A stretch of 55,266 nucleotides of DNA from Paraspadella gotoi. Its lineage: Eukaryota > Animalia > Chaetognatha. Below, piece after piece: positions 25,856 to 40,088 of the stretch (position 1 is its first letter; each line of letters starts with the position of its first letter). The stretch spans positions 576,721 through 631,986 of the forward strand of contig CM119270.1 in assembly GCA_051294375.1 (NCBI GenBank), in the 5' to 3' direction. The position numbers and the translations under genes were made by a program. The notes below the pieces were generated by a model. It saw only the letters and a program-made list of their open reading frames with translations. It had not been told where the DNA came from and did no database searches.

Positions 25856-26150
25856 AGAACAATCGGGGGGATTTCCAAAAAGTCAAATGAATCGGAAGAG
25901 GCGGCTGCGGCTGCGGCTGCGGCGGCTGCGGCTGCGGCTGCGGCGGCTGCGGCTACGGCTGCTGCGGCGGCGATGAAAGCCGTGTTGGCGTAACCTACGC
26001 CGTAAGTGAGATTCTGGTGATATTCATTGTTTTGTTGGTTGTGACGTTAGTTGTGATTGTTTTGTAGGTTGTGATGTTGATATTTGTGTTGGACTCAAAA
26101 AAAATCTGCGAGAACCAAAATTCACTGGCTGTGATGCGTTGTGATGTGAA
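23200..26150. other. Mosaic of noisy copies of upstream sequence (inverted: ~23200-24000 vs ~20900-21500, ~24600-24900 vs ~17200-17440, ~25790-26150 vs ~21870-22230; direct: ~24120-24300 vs ~17540-17700)
   Basis: Recognisable homology dominated by small indels, next to 25-N gaps at 17471-17495 and 22327-22351. Confidence 0.75.
25790..26001 (+). CDS. Candidate poly-Asp/poly-Ala exon (second, noisier copy on the minus strand at ~22023-22240)
   Basis: Mixed GCG/GCT/ACG codons give ESEE-A(n)-T-A(n)-MKAVLA, preceded by a D10 tract and ending at a GTAAGT donor (26002) present in both copies. Indels prevent a clean frame. Confidence 0.45.
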
Positions 26151-26664
26151 TGAATTCTTGATTCAGAAGAAAAAAGCATTTTCGAGATTGAGGTGAAATT
26201 TTCGACGAAAGATTTTTTTTATTCTTGTGAGAGATATGAAGTGAGGTGTTGGAGGAAAGAGGGGGCGAGGGGAGGAGGGGGGGAGGGGGAGGCACAGAGC
26301 ATCGCTTTTCTCTTCAATCAGAGAAAAATCCGGATTTGGATTAGGAAAATCTTTCACGAACATAATATGCAAGAAAAGTTTTTTTTATAGAAAAACTAAA
26401 GCATATCATGATTCGTATAGAGAGAGTGTGGAATGGGATCTATGAGTAAACACTGCAATTGTAAACTATTTATATAGTTAGTCCACTTTGTAATTTTATT
26501 GCTAATTTATTCACATTTCTTTAAATAATTATTACATGCATATATAAGTACAGCTCATTAACAATTGCATTGTTACTGTGTTAAACTTAAACATTTTGAG
26601 CAAAATAAATCAAAATCAATCAAAAATCTTACCATATTTAAATTTTCAATTTAACCCTATTTTG

Positions 26665-26765
26665 AATAATTTTAAATAATTTTAAATAATTTTAAATAAT
26701 TTTAAATAATTTTAAATAATTTTAAATAATTTTAAATAATTTTAAATAATTTTAAATAATTTTAA
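26665..26765. repeat. (ATAATTTTAA)n 10-bp tandem repeat, about 10 copies
   Basis: Visible directly in the sequence. Confidence 0.95.
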
Positions 26766-27373
26766 TGAAAATTTGCAAATTACTTGTTTCACCATTTTCT
26801 ATTTTTATATTTTATGAAGGATTTAGTATTTAATCTATATTATTTAAACAAATATATATTGCTTTCTTTTTTAAAAAATATTTTATTTATCTAATAATTA
26901 AATTTGGGAAGGGGAATTCAGTGTTGTCTTCTGGAAATAGAGGGACCATCTATACAACACAAGGTTAGATTACTATCTGTCCACGTTTTCTAATAGATAT
27001 CACACATCATTTCTGTTCGAAAGTCATTAATGAAAAATCATAATATCTAAGAGGCTGATTAGAAAGGGGTGGGAATGGATAATTTTTTGAGGGACCAACG
27101 TTATATATGATTTTTTTTACCAATAGGGATAAGACTACCATGTAGATTGTAGAATTGTATGTTCTGATAGGGATACATACTGGGGAAAGGTTTATAGGGG
27201 CACCTTTATGTCATGAATATAATTTTAAATAATTTTAAATAATATTTTAGTAATAGTGATTAAGGCAATGATTAGCTTCTTTGCATAAAAAATTATATTT
27301 TTATCTTAATTTTAAAATTAAGTTTTTTAATCTTTTGATTTAAATCGTTACTTTTCTTTGTTGATATGTTTTT

Positions 27374-27412
<39 letters not shown>

Positions 27413-28241
27413 TCTCACTGCAGGATTCATCATTTATCGTAAGAAAAAAAAACAAAAACAGCTACCTGCTCTCCCCTTGCAGAGAGAGTGAGGAACGAAA
27501 GCGAAGACAGGAGACAGATGAGAGAGAGAGAGAGAGAAGGAATCTCAGCTTCGGCCCCCAACAGAAAAATCGATCAATTTCTGATTTCTTTTCTTTTTTT
27601 TCACACTTGTTCCGTTGTTTTTATTGTTGTTGTTATTCTTATTGTTGTCGTTGTCATTGTCGTCGTCGTTGTTGTTGTTGTTGTTTTTGTTGTTTGTTGT
27701 TGTTACTCCATTTATCTTTTTGACTTATTTTGGGTTTTTTTCTTTTTTTTTTNNNNNNNNNNNNNNNNNNNNNNNNNNNNNNNNNNNNNNNNNNNNNNNN
27801 NNNNNNNNNNNNNNNNNNNNNNNNNNNNNNNNNNNNNNNNNNNNNNNNNNNNNNNNNNNNNNNNNNNNNNNNNNNNNNNNNNNNNNNNNNNNNNNNNNNN
27901 NNNNNNNNNNNNNNNNNNNNNNNNNNNNNNNNNNNNNNNNNNNNNNNNNNNNNNNNNNNNNNNNNNNNNNNNNNNNNNNNNNNNNNNNNNNNNNNNNNNN
28001 NNNNNNNNNNNNNNNNNNNNNNNNNNNNNNNNNNNNNNNNNNNNNNNNNNNNNNNNNNNNNNNNNNNNNNNNNNNNNNNNNNNNNNNNNNNNNNNNNNNN
28101 NNNNNNNNNNNNNNNNNNNNNNNNNNNNNNNNNNNNNNNNNNNNNNNNNNNNNNNNNNNNNGAGAAATGTGAAGAAGAAAACTTCCTCTTTATTTATTTT
28201 TCCTTTTATTATTTTCTTTTCTTGTTTTTTTAATCTCTTAC

Positions 28242-28443
28242 GACGACGACGACGACAACGACGACGACGACGACCAAACCATCTGCCTCTGTTGGTTCAA
28301 GAATTTCTTCGGTTTTTTTTCTTTCGTCTTTTCATTTCTTTTCATTCGGTGACTCCGCCTCCCGGTTATCGTCGTCGTCGTTGTTGTCGTCGTCGTCGTC
28401 GTCATCGTCGTCGTCGTCTTCGGTTCTTATTTGTAATTCGTTT
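28242..28443 (-). CDS. Candidate low-complexity (Asp-rich or Thr/Ser-rich) internal exon
   Basis: Bounded by tgtag| and |gtaaga on the minus strand and GC-richer than its flanks. Each frame has a stop as assembled. Confidence 0.3.
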
Positions 28444-28602
28444 CTACATATGATTTTACTATAAATATACTATATAATATACTATATACTGATTCTAATA
28501 ATTTAATTCATAATTCATAATGCATTCATTATAAAAAATAATAATGATAATGATTTAATTCGCTTTGTTTTTTAGTTTTATTTAAAAACCTTTTATTTTC
28601 TT

Positions 28603-29062
<460 letters not shown>

Positions 29063-29757
29063 TCCCGGATGCGACTATGTACCTGAAGTTGTTGTGGTTG
29101 TTGTTGTTGTTGTTGTCGTTCGAGATTATAATGTTAGTTGGAAAGAGAGAAAGAGAGAGTCAGAGAGAGAGAGAGAGAGAATGACGAAGATTTCAAGTTA
29201 CAGTTCATCTCGATTTTAATTTCGTACATTTCTTCTTTTTATTATTTGTTTATTTAATTTTATTTTTTAATAACTCTTTTATACAAATAAAGCATTGCTT
29301 CAATATACTTTCTTCATAACCCAACGAGCTTCACCTTTAACCGTCATACCCTCATACCGTCATACCGTCATACCCTCATACAGTCATACCGTCATACCTT
29401 CATACCCTTGTATCATCCCCAACAATATTTTCTTTTCAACAGCCTTATCTCATTTTCACCAGCAAATATCCTATTCAACAGTATTCCGGCCTTCTTCAGC
29501 ATCAACTACTTTCTCCAGCATTAGCTCCTTTCCCAAGCATCACATCCTTTCCCCAGCGGTAACTCCATTTGCCCAGCAGTATCTCCTTTCCATCAGGATT
29601 ATCTCCTTCTTCAGCATCTTTTTTTCTCCATCATTATTTCCTTTCCACCAGCATTATCTCCTTTTCTCCAGCATTTTCTCCATCCAGCTTTCTTTGGTCT
29701 AAAAAATTTCTTCCGCAGAATTTTTCATTTTCTTTTTTCTCTTTTCTGTCGCGCGAC

Positions 29758-29771
29758 GTTTCCTTGGCAAC
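29758..29771. promoter_or_regulatory. RFX X-box-like motif GTTTCCTTGGCAAC
   Basis: Close match to the X-box consensus GTTNCC(AT)GGNAAC, in a small CpG-rich patch. Confidence 0.4.
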
Positions 29772-30020
29772 CGCGTCCGAATAGCTTCTTCATCTTTTTT
29801 GTAGAAGCGAAAGAAATTCAGTTCCGATGCCCAAAGAAGCTTGGTTTGCTTGTTTTTACATTGCTTGTACGTAAAGCAAATCTGAAAATATTGCTCATTA
29901 TGATTAAACTTGTAAATAAATGTTTAAATGTCCCTGTTAGAATCTAATATCAGGCATTGTACTAACTTTTCTATATCTTTTTGTTAGAATTACTCAATTA
30001 CTAGTCTCAAATTTTTAATA

Positions 30021-30075
<55 letters not shown>

Positions 30076-31399
30076 TTATCTATCACACCGTTTCACTCTG
30101 TCTCTATCTTCTTTTCCTTTTTGTTTTCCTTATTTTTCCTTTTTTTNNNNNNNNNNNNNNNNNNNNNNNNNNNNNNNNNNNNNNNNNNNNNNNNNNNNNN
30201 NNNNNNNNNNNNNNNNNNNNNNNNNNNNNNNNNNNNNNNNNNNNNNNNNNNNNNNNNNNNNNNNNNNNNNNNNNNNNNNNNNNNNNNNNNNNNNNNNNNN
30301 NNNNNNNNNNNNNNNNNNNNNNNNNNNNNNNNNNNNNNNNNNNNNNNNNNNNNNNNNNNNNNNNNNNNNNNNNNNNNNNNNNNNNNNNNNNNNNNNNNNN
30401 NNNNNNNNNNNNNNNNAAAAACGAGAGAAAAGGAGGAGGAAAAGACGAAGAAATATTCGGAGGGAGGAAAGTAAAGAGGCAGGAAAGAAAAGAGGGAGGA
30501 AAGAAAAGAGGNNNNNNNNNNNNNNNNNNNNNNNNNNNNNNNNNNNNNNNNNNNNNNNNNNNNNNNNNNNNNNNNNNNNNNNNNNNNNNNNNNNNNNNNN
30601 NNNNNNNNNNNNNNNNNNNNNNNNNNNNNNNNNNNNNNNNNNNNNNNNNNNNNNNNNNNNNNNNNNNNNNNNNNNNNNNNNNNNNNNNNNNNNNNNNNNN
30701 NNNNNNNNNNNNNNNNNNNNNNNNNNNNNNNNNNNNNNNNNNNNNNNNNNNNNNNNNNNNNNNNNNNNNNNNNNNNNNNNNNNNNNNNNNNNNNNNNNNN
30801 NNNNNNNNNNNNNNNNNNNNNNNNNNNNNNNNNNNNNNNNNNNNNNAAGGAAAGAAGGAGGAAAGGAAAGGGGAGGAAAGGAAAGAGGGAGGAAAGAAAA
30901 CAGGGAGGAAAGGAAAGGAGAAAAGAAAAAGATAAAGAAAGACGAAGGAAACTTTAAAGAGATATCAAGGGTCAAGAAAGGAAAAAGAGAGAGAAAAAAA
31001 GGAAAAAGAGGAAAAGAAAGAAAGAGAAAGGAAAAACAAAAAAGTAAGAATTAATTAAAAGGGAAAAGGGAGGAAAGAAATAAGAGGAATGGAGACGAGG
31101 TGAACACTCAATAAAATAAGAAGAAAAAATGGGAGGAAAGGAAAAAATAAAAAAAGAACAAAAGAAGCAAAGAAATGAATAAAAGGAAANNNNNNNNNNN
31201 NNNNNNNNNNNNNNGGAGAGAGGGGAAAGAAGAGAAAGAGAGAGAGAGAGAGAGGGGAGGAGGACGTTTGGATCAAGTCTCCATCAATATCATGAGATGA
31301 GGGCGCGGGTTTTTAACTCCTTACCGGAAGACTTTTCAAAGAGCGTCTCTCTTCTCTCTCTCTCCTCTCTCTTCTCTCCTCTACCCTGTCCTCTCCTTC

Positions 31400-31990
31400 C
31401 GCCCTCCCCGATCCGAACACCCGACCCATCGTACCTGATTTCCGATACCGATTCCTGACCCCGCCGACCACCGACGACCGACCGACCGACCTCCGACTCG
31501 TCACCGACCGACTTGTCCCAACCGACCGATTTTCCGGGACCGATTCATACCGACGACCGGACGATGTCCCGACACTCCCACCTCAATTACCTCGATTTAA
31601 CAAAAGCTGAACGGTCTCTCTCGACTACCTGACAGAGAGGGCAACTCCCGTGTTGCCCCGTTTTATACGAGTATCATGGGAACTCTAAAGAGTCCGAAGA
31701 AATTTTAAAGAAAGAATATAAAACTTAGACTCTAGGTAACAGATTATATCTTCCTTTTTATATTGATCTTTTGATTACTACAGCTAGTTAATTATTATTT
31801 CCTTTAATCAAAAAAATTTCAATCCATGCCCATACCATACACATCCGACTGCATTAAGAGATCCCAGAATAGCCACAATAGTTATCAAAATAGATTGAAT
31901 TTATTGTGGAATGTACGTAATGGTTTTCATTAAATATAGCATGTTCACTCTATATTCAATGAATTGCATTGCAGTTGTATATTTTTCTAA
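31400..31990 (+). other. Noisy direct copy of ~37480-38040, including a (CCGA)n-rich tract
   Basis: Collinear words (gtgttgccccgt, ccgaagaaattt, cctttaatcaaaaaa, aatagccacaat) with many insertions; follows the 25-N gap at 31190-31214. Confidence 0.75.
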
Positions 31991-32469
31991 GTATCTCCCA
32001 TACATTCTGAGGTCGTGTGCTCGGAAGTTCTGGAATGGATATCAAATTTATGGGCGCTGTCGTTGGATAGAAGCGCGTCGGTAGTGGAAACAGAGAGACT
32101 GAGTGTGCGATTCTGCTTTGTTTCGAGACTTGTCTTTTGAGACTCGACGACGAGAGAGGCGAGAGAGGTTCTGTGATGGTTGGAGAGCGATTCGTGCATG
32201 AGAGTTAGAGGCTATTGTGAGAGGGCGTGTCTCTTTGTCCCTTTGACGTATGAGGTAGAAGAGAGAGACAGTGATTTCAACGCGCTATTTCTGGTCTCCC
32301 GTTTTAGACATAGATAGAGCATGAAGAAGTGAGAAAGAGAGTGGGCAACTCTCTTCGCATCTCTGAAGCCCAGGATTTGGATGTCTTTATTTTCATATTA
32401 TGATCTCTTCGTAGATACAGTACTCCTCTTTGACTAACATACCGTTGAATTTGTCATCGCTTCGTATCT

Positions 32470-32507
<38 letters not shown>

Positions 32508-32737
32508 TTTCCTTGATTCCTTCGCTTAAAAAATTGGGCCTCAGGGTCTTCGGATTAATTTTCGAAACAATCAATCAATCTTTTTTTCCCCTTAAATCTC
32601 CTCTCGATTTAAGGCTGACGTTTATAGACGCTAATCCTTTTTTCTTTTTTTTTTTCTTTTTTTTGGATTCGATTTTTTTATTAATCTGGAGGAAAGGAGT
32701 TTTTATCATTGGGGGGGGTGAGTGACGGATTAAATAG

Positions 32738-33172
32738 GAACTACAAAGCCAAGATGTTGCCACGCTTTAACTTTCTTTTTGTGAAGGCAGAAAATTTAAT
32801 AAAAATTACAACAAAGATATTGTTTACAAAGAAAGGGACATGTTTCGACTTTAGTGTAAGCCTTCTTCAGCGCAAAGTCATTTGTGAAATCATTTTTTTC
32901 ACAGAGTTTCTTTTTGTATCCCGCTTTGATCACGTGACGGTATAAGTATGAAATACACGGGAAATGAGAATCTAATACTTCAAAACTTATCAACCTAAAG
33001 GACTCCATGTGAGTTATTTGCATTTAAACGTGAGTGGGAAAGACTAACAACTTTAATTGCGGAAACAAAAATTAATCTTTTGACTCATTTTGAGTGATAT
33101 CATTAAGGTTGTTTGAAGTAATTAAAATCATTCATCTTTTGTAATTTCTCTAATAATCCTAAGAAACTTTGG

Positions 33173-33207
<35 letters not shown>

Positions 33208-33679
33208 AATTCTCTAACTTCTATCCCAGTTTCTCCCTCTTCCTCCTTCCCTCCGTCTACCTCCTCCTCTTCCTCCTCCTCCTCTTTCTCCTCCACCTCC
33301 TCCTCCTCTTCTTCCTCCAATTTGCAATTTTACTGATGATCTTTTGATGACTTTTCTTCTTCTTCTTTTTATTACCTTTTTTTGAGTTTTGTTAGCGATT
33401 CACTCTTGGATAAATTTATTTTTATATATTCATTCATAATATTTAATTATAAATTTAAATACTAAAATTTGAATAATAATTTTTTTTAATTTTAATTTTT
33501 TATCATTAATTATAATATATTAATTTTTTATTTAATTTTTATAATAATAATTTTTGATAATTTTAGCCTATAGCCTTTAGGTATTACAATTTGACCGCCA
33601 TTTACATCCTCGCAGCCACTGGCTTCGATTTGACGGCCTCTCGCGTCTCAACCTCAATCGTTTATTTTGACGATGGGTT

Positions 33680-33717
<38 letters not shown>

Positions 33718-33765
33718 TGCTTCTCAAACAGTCACAAATCTTTTTTTTTCTTTTTTCTCTTTTGA
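32738..33765 (+). CDS. 3' part of a multi-exon gene for a membrane/GPI-anchored protein of unknown family (exons ~32738-32855, 32905-33008, 33581-33765)
   Basis: GT-AG introns of 49 and 572 nt. A phase-2 join AT|G gives ...KLINLKDSM|YYNLTAIYILAATGFDLTASRVSTS. One indel then gives FILTMGF-V12-CFSN... to TGA. Several indel corrections are needed. Confidence 0.45.
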
Positions 33766-34269
33766 AGGGCGGAGGGGGCGAGAATTGGTCGGCGAAGGGG
33801 GCGAAAGGGTGAGAGAGAGGCGGTAAGGGGCGAGGGTGGGAGGGTGGGGCGGAGTAGGAAGGGAGGGGGAGTGGGAAGGGGAAGCGTAGGGTGTGGAGGA
33901 AGGGGTGTGGAAGGGGGCGAAGGGTGAGGAAGGGGGGATTGGAAGGGCAAGGTGGAGGAAGGGGCTGTCCGGAAGGGCGAAGGGTGATGTTACATGCGGT
34001 AGAAGTGGCGAAGGGTTGGAGCTATATGGGGGTAGAGAGGGGCGCCGATAGGATGTGTAGAAGGGGGTCGGAACTCCTAAGGGGGTCTGACGAGTGGCAG
34101 GGAAGGGGGTAAAGGGGGCGATCTGAAGTGAGTTGCTACAGAAGAGTCACTTATGGGTCTCGAGGATGAAGTTCGCCAAAAGGACTGCCACAGGCGCGAG
34201 GGTTGGATCTAGCGGAAGGGGGCGTGCATACGCGGAGTGAAGAGCTTGTCGAGAGCAGAAGTCGATTTG

Positions 34270-35295
34270 CAGTGACTTGAATCGAAGGGATGAATAAGTG
34301 GACCCAGTTTATAAAAAAATGATATCATAAGCGTTAAGGGTCTATCATCATAAGGAATTTGAATGGTGATAGTCATTAATTTTTCTTTGCACGGGAAAAG
34401 TGGCCAAAAAAAAAATATCCTATCTCTTATTGTGAGCGAAACAAAAAATTTAATAATTATGTGAAAAAAATTTAGTTGACCCTACCTAAATATTTATATA
34501 ATCCATTATTTTATTTTTGCATTAGAAAGTATTTTTTACTAAATTCCAATTTTTTATTTTTACTGTACAAATCTATAATATTTTAGGTTTAAGCCTCATT
34601 GAACAAAGGCTTTACAAGACTAATATTTTATATTTTTATATTACTTAAAAGCCAGACAAATCAAACCTAAATTCTATTCTTACAGAAACAAAACTGTAAT
34701 AACTATTAATTAATATTCATATTCATCCCTTATAAACTGTATAATTAAACTATTGATTTCTAATTTATAACAATTAAAATTTAACAAAAGTACAGAATCT
34801 TTCTCTTCTTTTTATATTTTATTATCTTCAAAGAGTTTATTTTATCCAATTAACAGAATCATTTAAAAAGAAAGTTTAAATAAAAATCAGTCGATACCTT
34901 AAATTTTTGATTCATTCCTAGTTTTTTTTCTATAAATTTTTGTGTTAAAAAGCTGAAAATCTTTTTAAAATTAGATCTTACCCTTTTTTGGAAAAAAAAA
35001 TTTTAAACTTGTGAAAAAGATTTCTTCTTACCGATTTGTTTAAAGAAAATTAAGCTCTCGCTGATTTTATCGAATTTCTTTAACTACTTTCCCAATGATT
35101 ATAGAAAAAAAATTATATGATCAGAACCAGCTTAAGTTAAAGGTTCAAACGTTATGTTTCAGCTTTTTTACCCCACCTGTTCACTGGTCCCCTTAAGTGG
35201 TTGGTGGACAATCAAGGTGGTAAAATCAGTGAATAATCTTACCTCATTCGATGAAGTTATACGGAATTGAAGTAAACCAACAAGAACGAGCGACG

Positions 35296-35327
<32 letters not shown>

Positions 35328-36860
35328 CTCTCCTCTCTCTCTCTCTCTCTCCGCTTCTCCACAAAAAGAGATAAAAAATAAAAATTTCTTTTTTCACTTC
35401 ATTTTTATTTCATTTTTATTTCATCTCATTTCACCTTCATTTCATTTCTCTTCTTTGAAGAGACGCGACCCGAGGGAATTGGAGTTATCGCTCAACCGAC
35501 GGTTTCCTTACCCTTCTCTCCTCTCAGTCTTTCTCTCCTCCTTCTTNNNNNNNNNNNNNNNNNNNNNNNNNGATTTGGGGAAGGAGGGCGTAAGAGGCTG
35601 TGTGTAGTGGTGTGATGCGGGGTGTGGCAAGTCGGGCGAAGGTGTGAGGAAAGGGGGTAAGAAAGGGGGGTCGAAGGGTGTGGAGGATAAATTTGGGGGT
35701 GAAGGGGGCGAAGGAATGGATTGTTAAGGGGTGGAATGTGAGAGGTCGGTTATTGTAGGGTGTTTGGTGGGTGGGTGGGAAATGGGGAGCGTGAGTTAGA
35801 GAGTGGATTGAGTTGATTGAATTGAGTGGACTTGAATTAAGGGTGAATTTTCAGGATGGACAGTTATAGGAATGATATCATAAGCTTAAGGGTCTATCAT
35901 CATAAGGATATTTGAATGGTGATAGTCATTAATTTTTCTTTGCACGGGAAAAGTGGCGCAAAAATATCCTATTCCTTATTTGTAGCGAAACAAAAAATTT
36001 AATGAATTTATGTGAAAAAAATTTAGTTGACCTACCTAAATATTTATATAATCCATTATTTTATTTTTGCATTAGAAAGTTATTTTTTACTAAATTCCAA
36101 TATTTTTATTTTTACTGTACAAAGCTATATATTTTAGTGTTAAGCCTCATTGAACAAAGAGGCTTTACAAGACTATATTTTATTATTTTTATATTTACTT
36201 AAAAGCAGACAAATCAAACTAAATTCTATTCTTACAGACAAAACTGTAAATTAAACTGTATTAATTAATATTCATATTCATCCTTTAAACTGTATAATTA
36301 AACTATTATTGATTCCTAATTTATAACAATTAAAATTTAACAAAAGTACAGAATCTTTCTCTTCTTTTTATATTTTATATATTTCAAAGAGTTTTATTTT
36401 TATCCAATTAACAGAATCATTTAAAAAGAGTTTAAATAAAATCAGTCGATACCTTAAATTTTTGATTCATTCTCTAGTTTTTTTCTTATAAATTTTTGTG
36501 TTAAAAAGCTGAAAATCTTTTTAAAAGGTTAATCTTACCCTTTTTTGAAAAAAAAATTTTAAAACTTGAAAAGGATTTCTTCTTACCGATTTGTTTAAAG
36601 AAAATTAAGCTCTCGCTGATTTTATCGAATTTTTAAACTACTTCCCAAATGATTATAGAGAAAAAAATTATATGATCAGAACCAGCTTAAGTTAAAGGGT
36701 CAAACGTTATGTTTCAGCTTTTTTACCCACCTTTTGTTCACTGTGGTCCCCTTAAGTGGTTGGTGGACAATCAAGGTGGTAAAATCAGTGAATAATCTTA
36801 TCCTCATTCATGAAAGTTATACGGAATTGAAGTAACCCAAAGAACGAGCGAGCGTCCCTC

Positions 36861-36912
<52 letters not shown>

Positions 36913-37110
36913 CTTCTCCACAAAAAAGAGATAAAAAATAAAAATTTCTTTTTTTTCACTTCATTTTTATTTTCATTTTTATTTCATCTCATTTCACCTC
37001 ATTTCATTTCTCTTCTTTGGAGACGCGACCACACGGAGAACTGGGGTTATCGCTCAACGACGGTTCCTGAATCCTAACCCACTCTCTCCATATTCTCAGT
37101 CTTTCTCTTC
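34270..37110 (+). other. ~1.3-kb direct duplication across the 25-N gap at 35547-35571 (~34270-35546 vs ~35830-37110); probable overfilled-gap artefact
   Basis: The copies are near-identical apart from single-base and homopolymer indels. Confidence 0.85.
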
Positions 37111-37135
37111 CTTCGCTCTTCCTCGCGATCATTCT

Positions 37136-37172
<37 letters not shown>

Positions 37173-38106
37173 ATTTGACGAGCCGTCTTCCCTTTTTTCC
37201 AATTTCTGGTTTTTTGAATCCAACATCGAGAATTTTCCCGACGTTTTCCATTTACGTAAAGTTCGATGCGAAAGAGGAAGAGAGAGAGAGAGAGGAGGAA
37301 AGAGGGAGGAAAAGAGGAGAAGAGAGGGAGGATAAGAGAGGCGTTAGAGTATAATACTGCTGTGGATCCGTTTATTATTTGAATATAACTAAAATTTAAA
37401 AAATACGTAATTTTTATGTCTTTTTATTTTATATTAGTTTAGATAGTATGGTAGAAATGCCCATTACAGATTTTACATTTTTATTTGACGACCGACCGAC
37501 CGACCTTCCGGAACCTCGGTAATGAAGGATAAATTTTATTCATTCGGGCCGAGCCTGACCGAAACGCGACCGACCGACCGCCGGACCGGACCGACCGGAC
37601 CGACCAATTGAACGAGACTGACGACCGACGAAAAGACCGACCGAAACGACTCGATGATCGTTCGCGATACCGACCGACCAGAAACTCCAAAGACCGACCA
37701 AGAGCCAAGACCGACCGACCAGACCGACCGAAGACGAACGACACGACGACCGACGCGACGACCGAACGACCTGCACTAGTGTTGCCCCGTCCGAAAATGG
37801 GAATAAAGACCGAAGAAATTTAAAGAAAGAATTAAAATAGAGAATAAAATTATATTTCCTTTTATATTTCATTGATTCTAAGTAGTTAATTATTTTTCCT
37901 TTAATCAAAAAATTATCCATCCATCCATCCATCCGCTCATGGTAATAGCCACAATTATCAAAATAGTTAATTTATTGTATGTACGTATTTTTCATTAAGC
38001 ATTTCACTTAATTCATGAATCATTGATATATTTTTTTTAAAAAATCCCAAAATAGTTCGCCTCGAATTTCGAAGAATCAAAGTTTTATGCGCTTTTGAAT
38101 CGCGTA

Positions 38107-38143
<37 letters not shown>

Positions 38144-38341
38144 NNNNNNNNNNNNNNNNNNNNNNNNNNNNNNNNNNNNNNNNNNNNNNNNNNNNNNNNN
38201 NNNNNNNNNNNNNNNNNNNNNNNNNNNNNNNNNNNNNNNNNNNNNNNNNNNNNNNNNNNNNNNNNNNNNNNNNNNNNNNNNNNNNNNNNNNNNNNNNNNN
38301 NNNNNNNNNNNNNNNNNNNNNNNNNNNNNNNNNNNNNNNNN

Positions 38342-38377
<36 letters not shown>

Positions 38378-38676
38378 TTACTCTTCATAAAACTCGGTCG
38401 AGCTCTGGTTTTATTTTGCAGACAGCAAAGAATGGGTTTCGCGTTATTGAGATTCGCCGACTTAAAACGAGAGAATAACAGAGTCGGTAAAACGAGAAGG
38501 AATAAAGAATACGACAATGAAATAACATGAGTATAGGAGAATTCCTCTTATTAATGCTATAAAAAACGATATTCGTTGGAGTCTCATTTGCATATTGCGG
38601 TAAAGCTTTCACGTCCATGTTTCACTCCCAGTTGGTTATGATTAAAAAAATAAAAAAACTAATTAATAAAGTTAAT

Positions 38677-38711
<35 letters not shown>

Positions 38712-40049
38712 NNNNNNNNNNNNNNNNNNNNNNNNNNNNNNNNNNNNNNNNNNNNNNNNNNNNNNNNNNNNNNNNNNNNNNNNNNNNNNNNNNNNNNNNN
38801 NNNNNNNNNNNNNNNNNNNNNNNNNNNNNNNNNNNNNNNNNNNNNNNNNNNNNNNNNNNNNNNNNNNNNNNNNNNNNNNNNNNNNNNNNNNNNNNNNNNN
38901 NNNNNNNNNNNNNNNNNNNNNNNNNNNNNNNNNNNNNNNNNNNNNNNNNNNNNNNNNNNNNNNNNNNNNNNNNNNNNNNNNNNNNNNNNNNNNNNNNNNN
39001 NNNNNNNNNNNNNNNNNNNNNNNNNNNNNNNNNNNNNNNNNNNNNNNNNNNNNNNNNNNNNNNNNNNNNNNNNNNNNNNNNNNNNNNNNNNNNNNNNNNN
39101 NNNNNNNNNNNNNNNNNNNNNNNNNNNNNNNNNNNNNNNNNNNNNNNNNNNNNNNNNNNNNNNNNNNNNNNNNNNNNNNNNNNNNNNNNNNNNNNNNNNN
39201 NNNNNNNNNNNNNNNNNNNNNNNNNNNNNNNNNNNNNNNNNNNNNNNNNNNNNNNNNNNNNNNNNNNNNNNNNNNNNNNNNNNNNNCAACAAATTTTTAT
39301 TGATATTTTATTTATTTTATATTATATTCACATTTTTAAATTATTTATTGTTAGATTCGAACCGTGATGAGACAGCCACGTTTGGCACTCAGCTAATGTC
39401 GCCCACTTCTGTAGTTAGTAATATTATTTCCATAGTTACTATATAAATTTACACACGTTATTTGTTTTGCCTTTGTTTTACGAAACAAAAAAGATCATTC
39501 CAATATACAAAGAATCAGCTGACTTAAGTTGTTTTATTTCCATCTATGATTCCAACTTATTTGGAAACCATTTTACAAAGCCAAATGAAAGTTAACAACT
39601 TCTCTTAAACTTGTAGTATTATAATTATTTGTTGTTATTGTTCTTTTCCATCAATGTATAATTAATTAATTAATTATTAGGATGCTTGCTTTGTCATATA
39701 GATGTTTCAATTGCCTTGTTTGCAAAAGCAATGGAATACTATTATGCTTTGATTATTTTTATTAGAGCTTGCTTTTAATTCTCTAACAAGCAAATTGGTT
39801 TAACTAACTTTTACCCAAGTTGATAAACAATTCGCGGATGCACGAGCGTCAGCGCCAACGCCACTTCCGGTCAAACTCAAGTAAAGAATAGATGACGCAA
39901 TCGTATCAACTCGACGTCAACCAGCGTCATCTACATTGGTGAAACCGACGACGAAACTTTTTTCCAACCTTTACAACGCCCCAAACATCAGGCATATCCA
40001 TGATGCGAATCCTCCGAAGAAACTGGGTCCACACATCCCTCCTCCTCTT

Positions 40050-40088
<39 letters not shown>

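Noticed and set aside
39353-39404. tRNA gene on the minus strand (TAGCTGAGTG ... GGTTCGAATC)
   Set aside because: A-B box spacing is about 12 nt too short and there is no cloverleaf; at most a decayed SINE head.
39820-40050. Exon with a Ly6-like TIRGC motif
   Set aside because: In-frame stop, no downstream cysteines and ambiguous strand.
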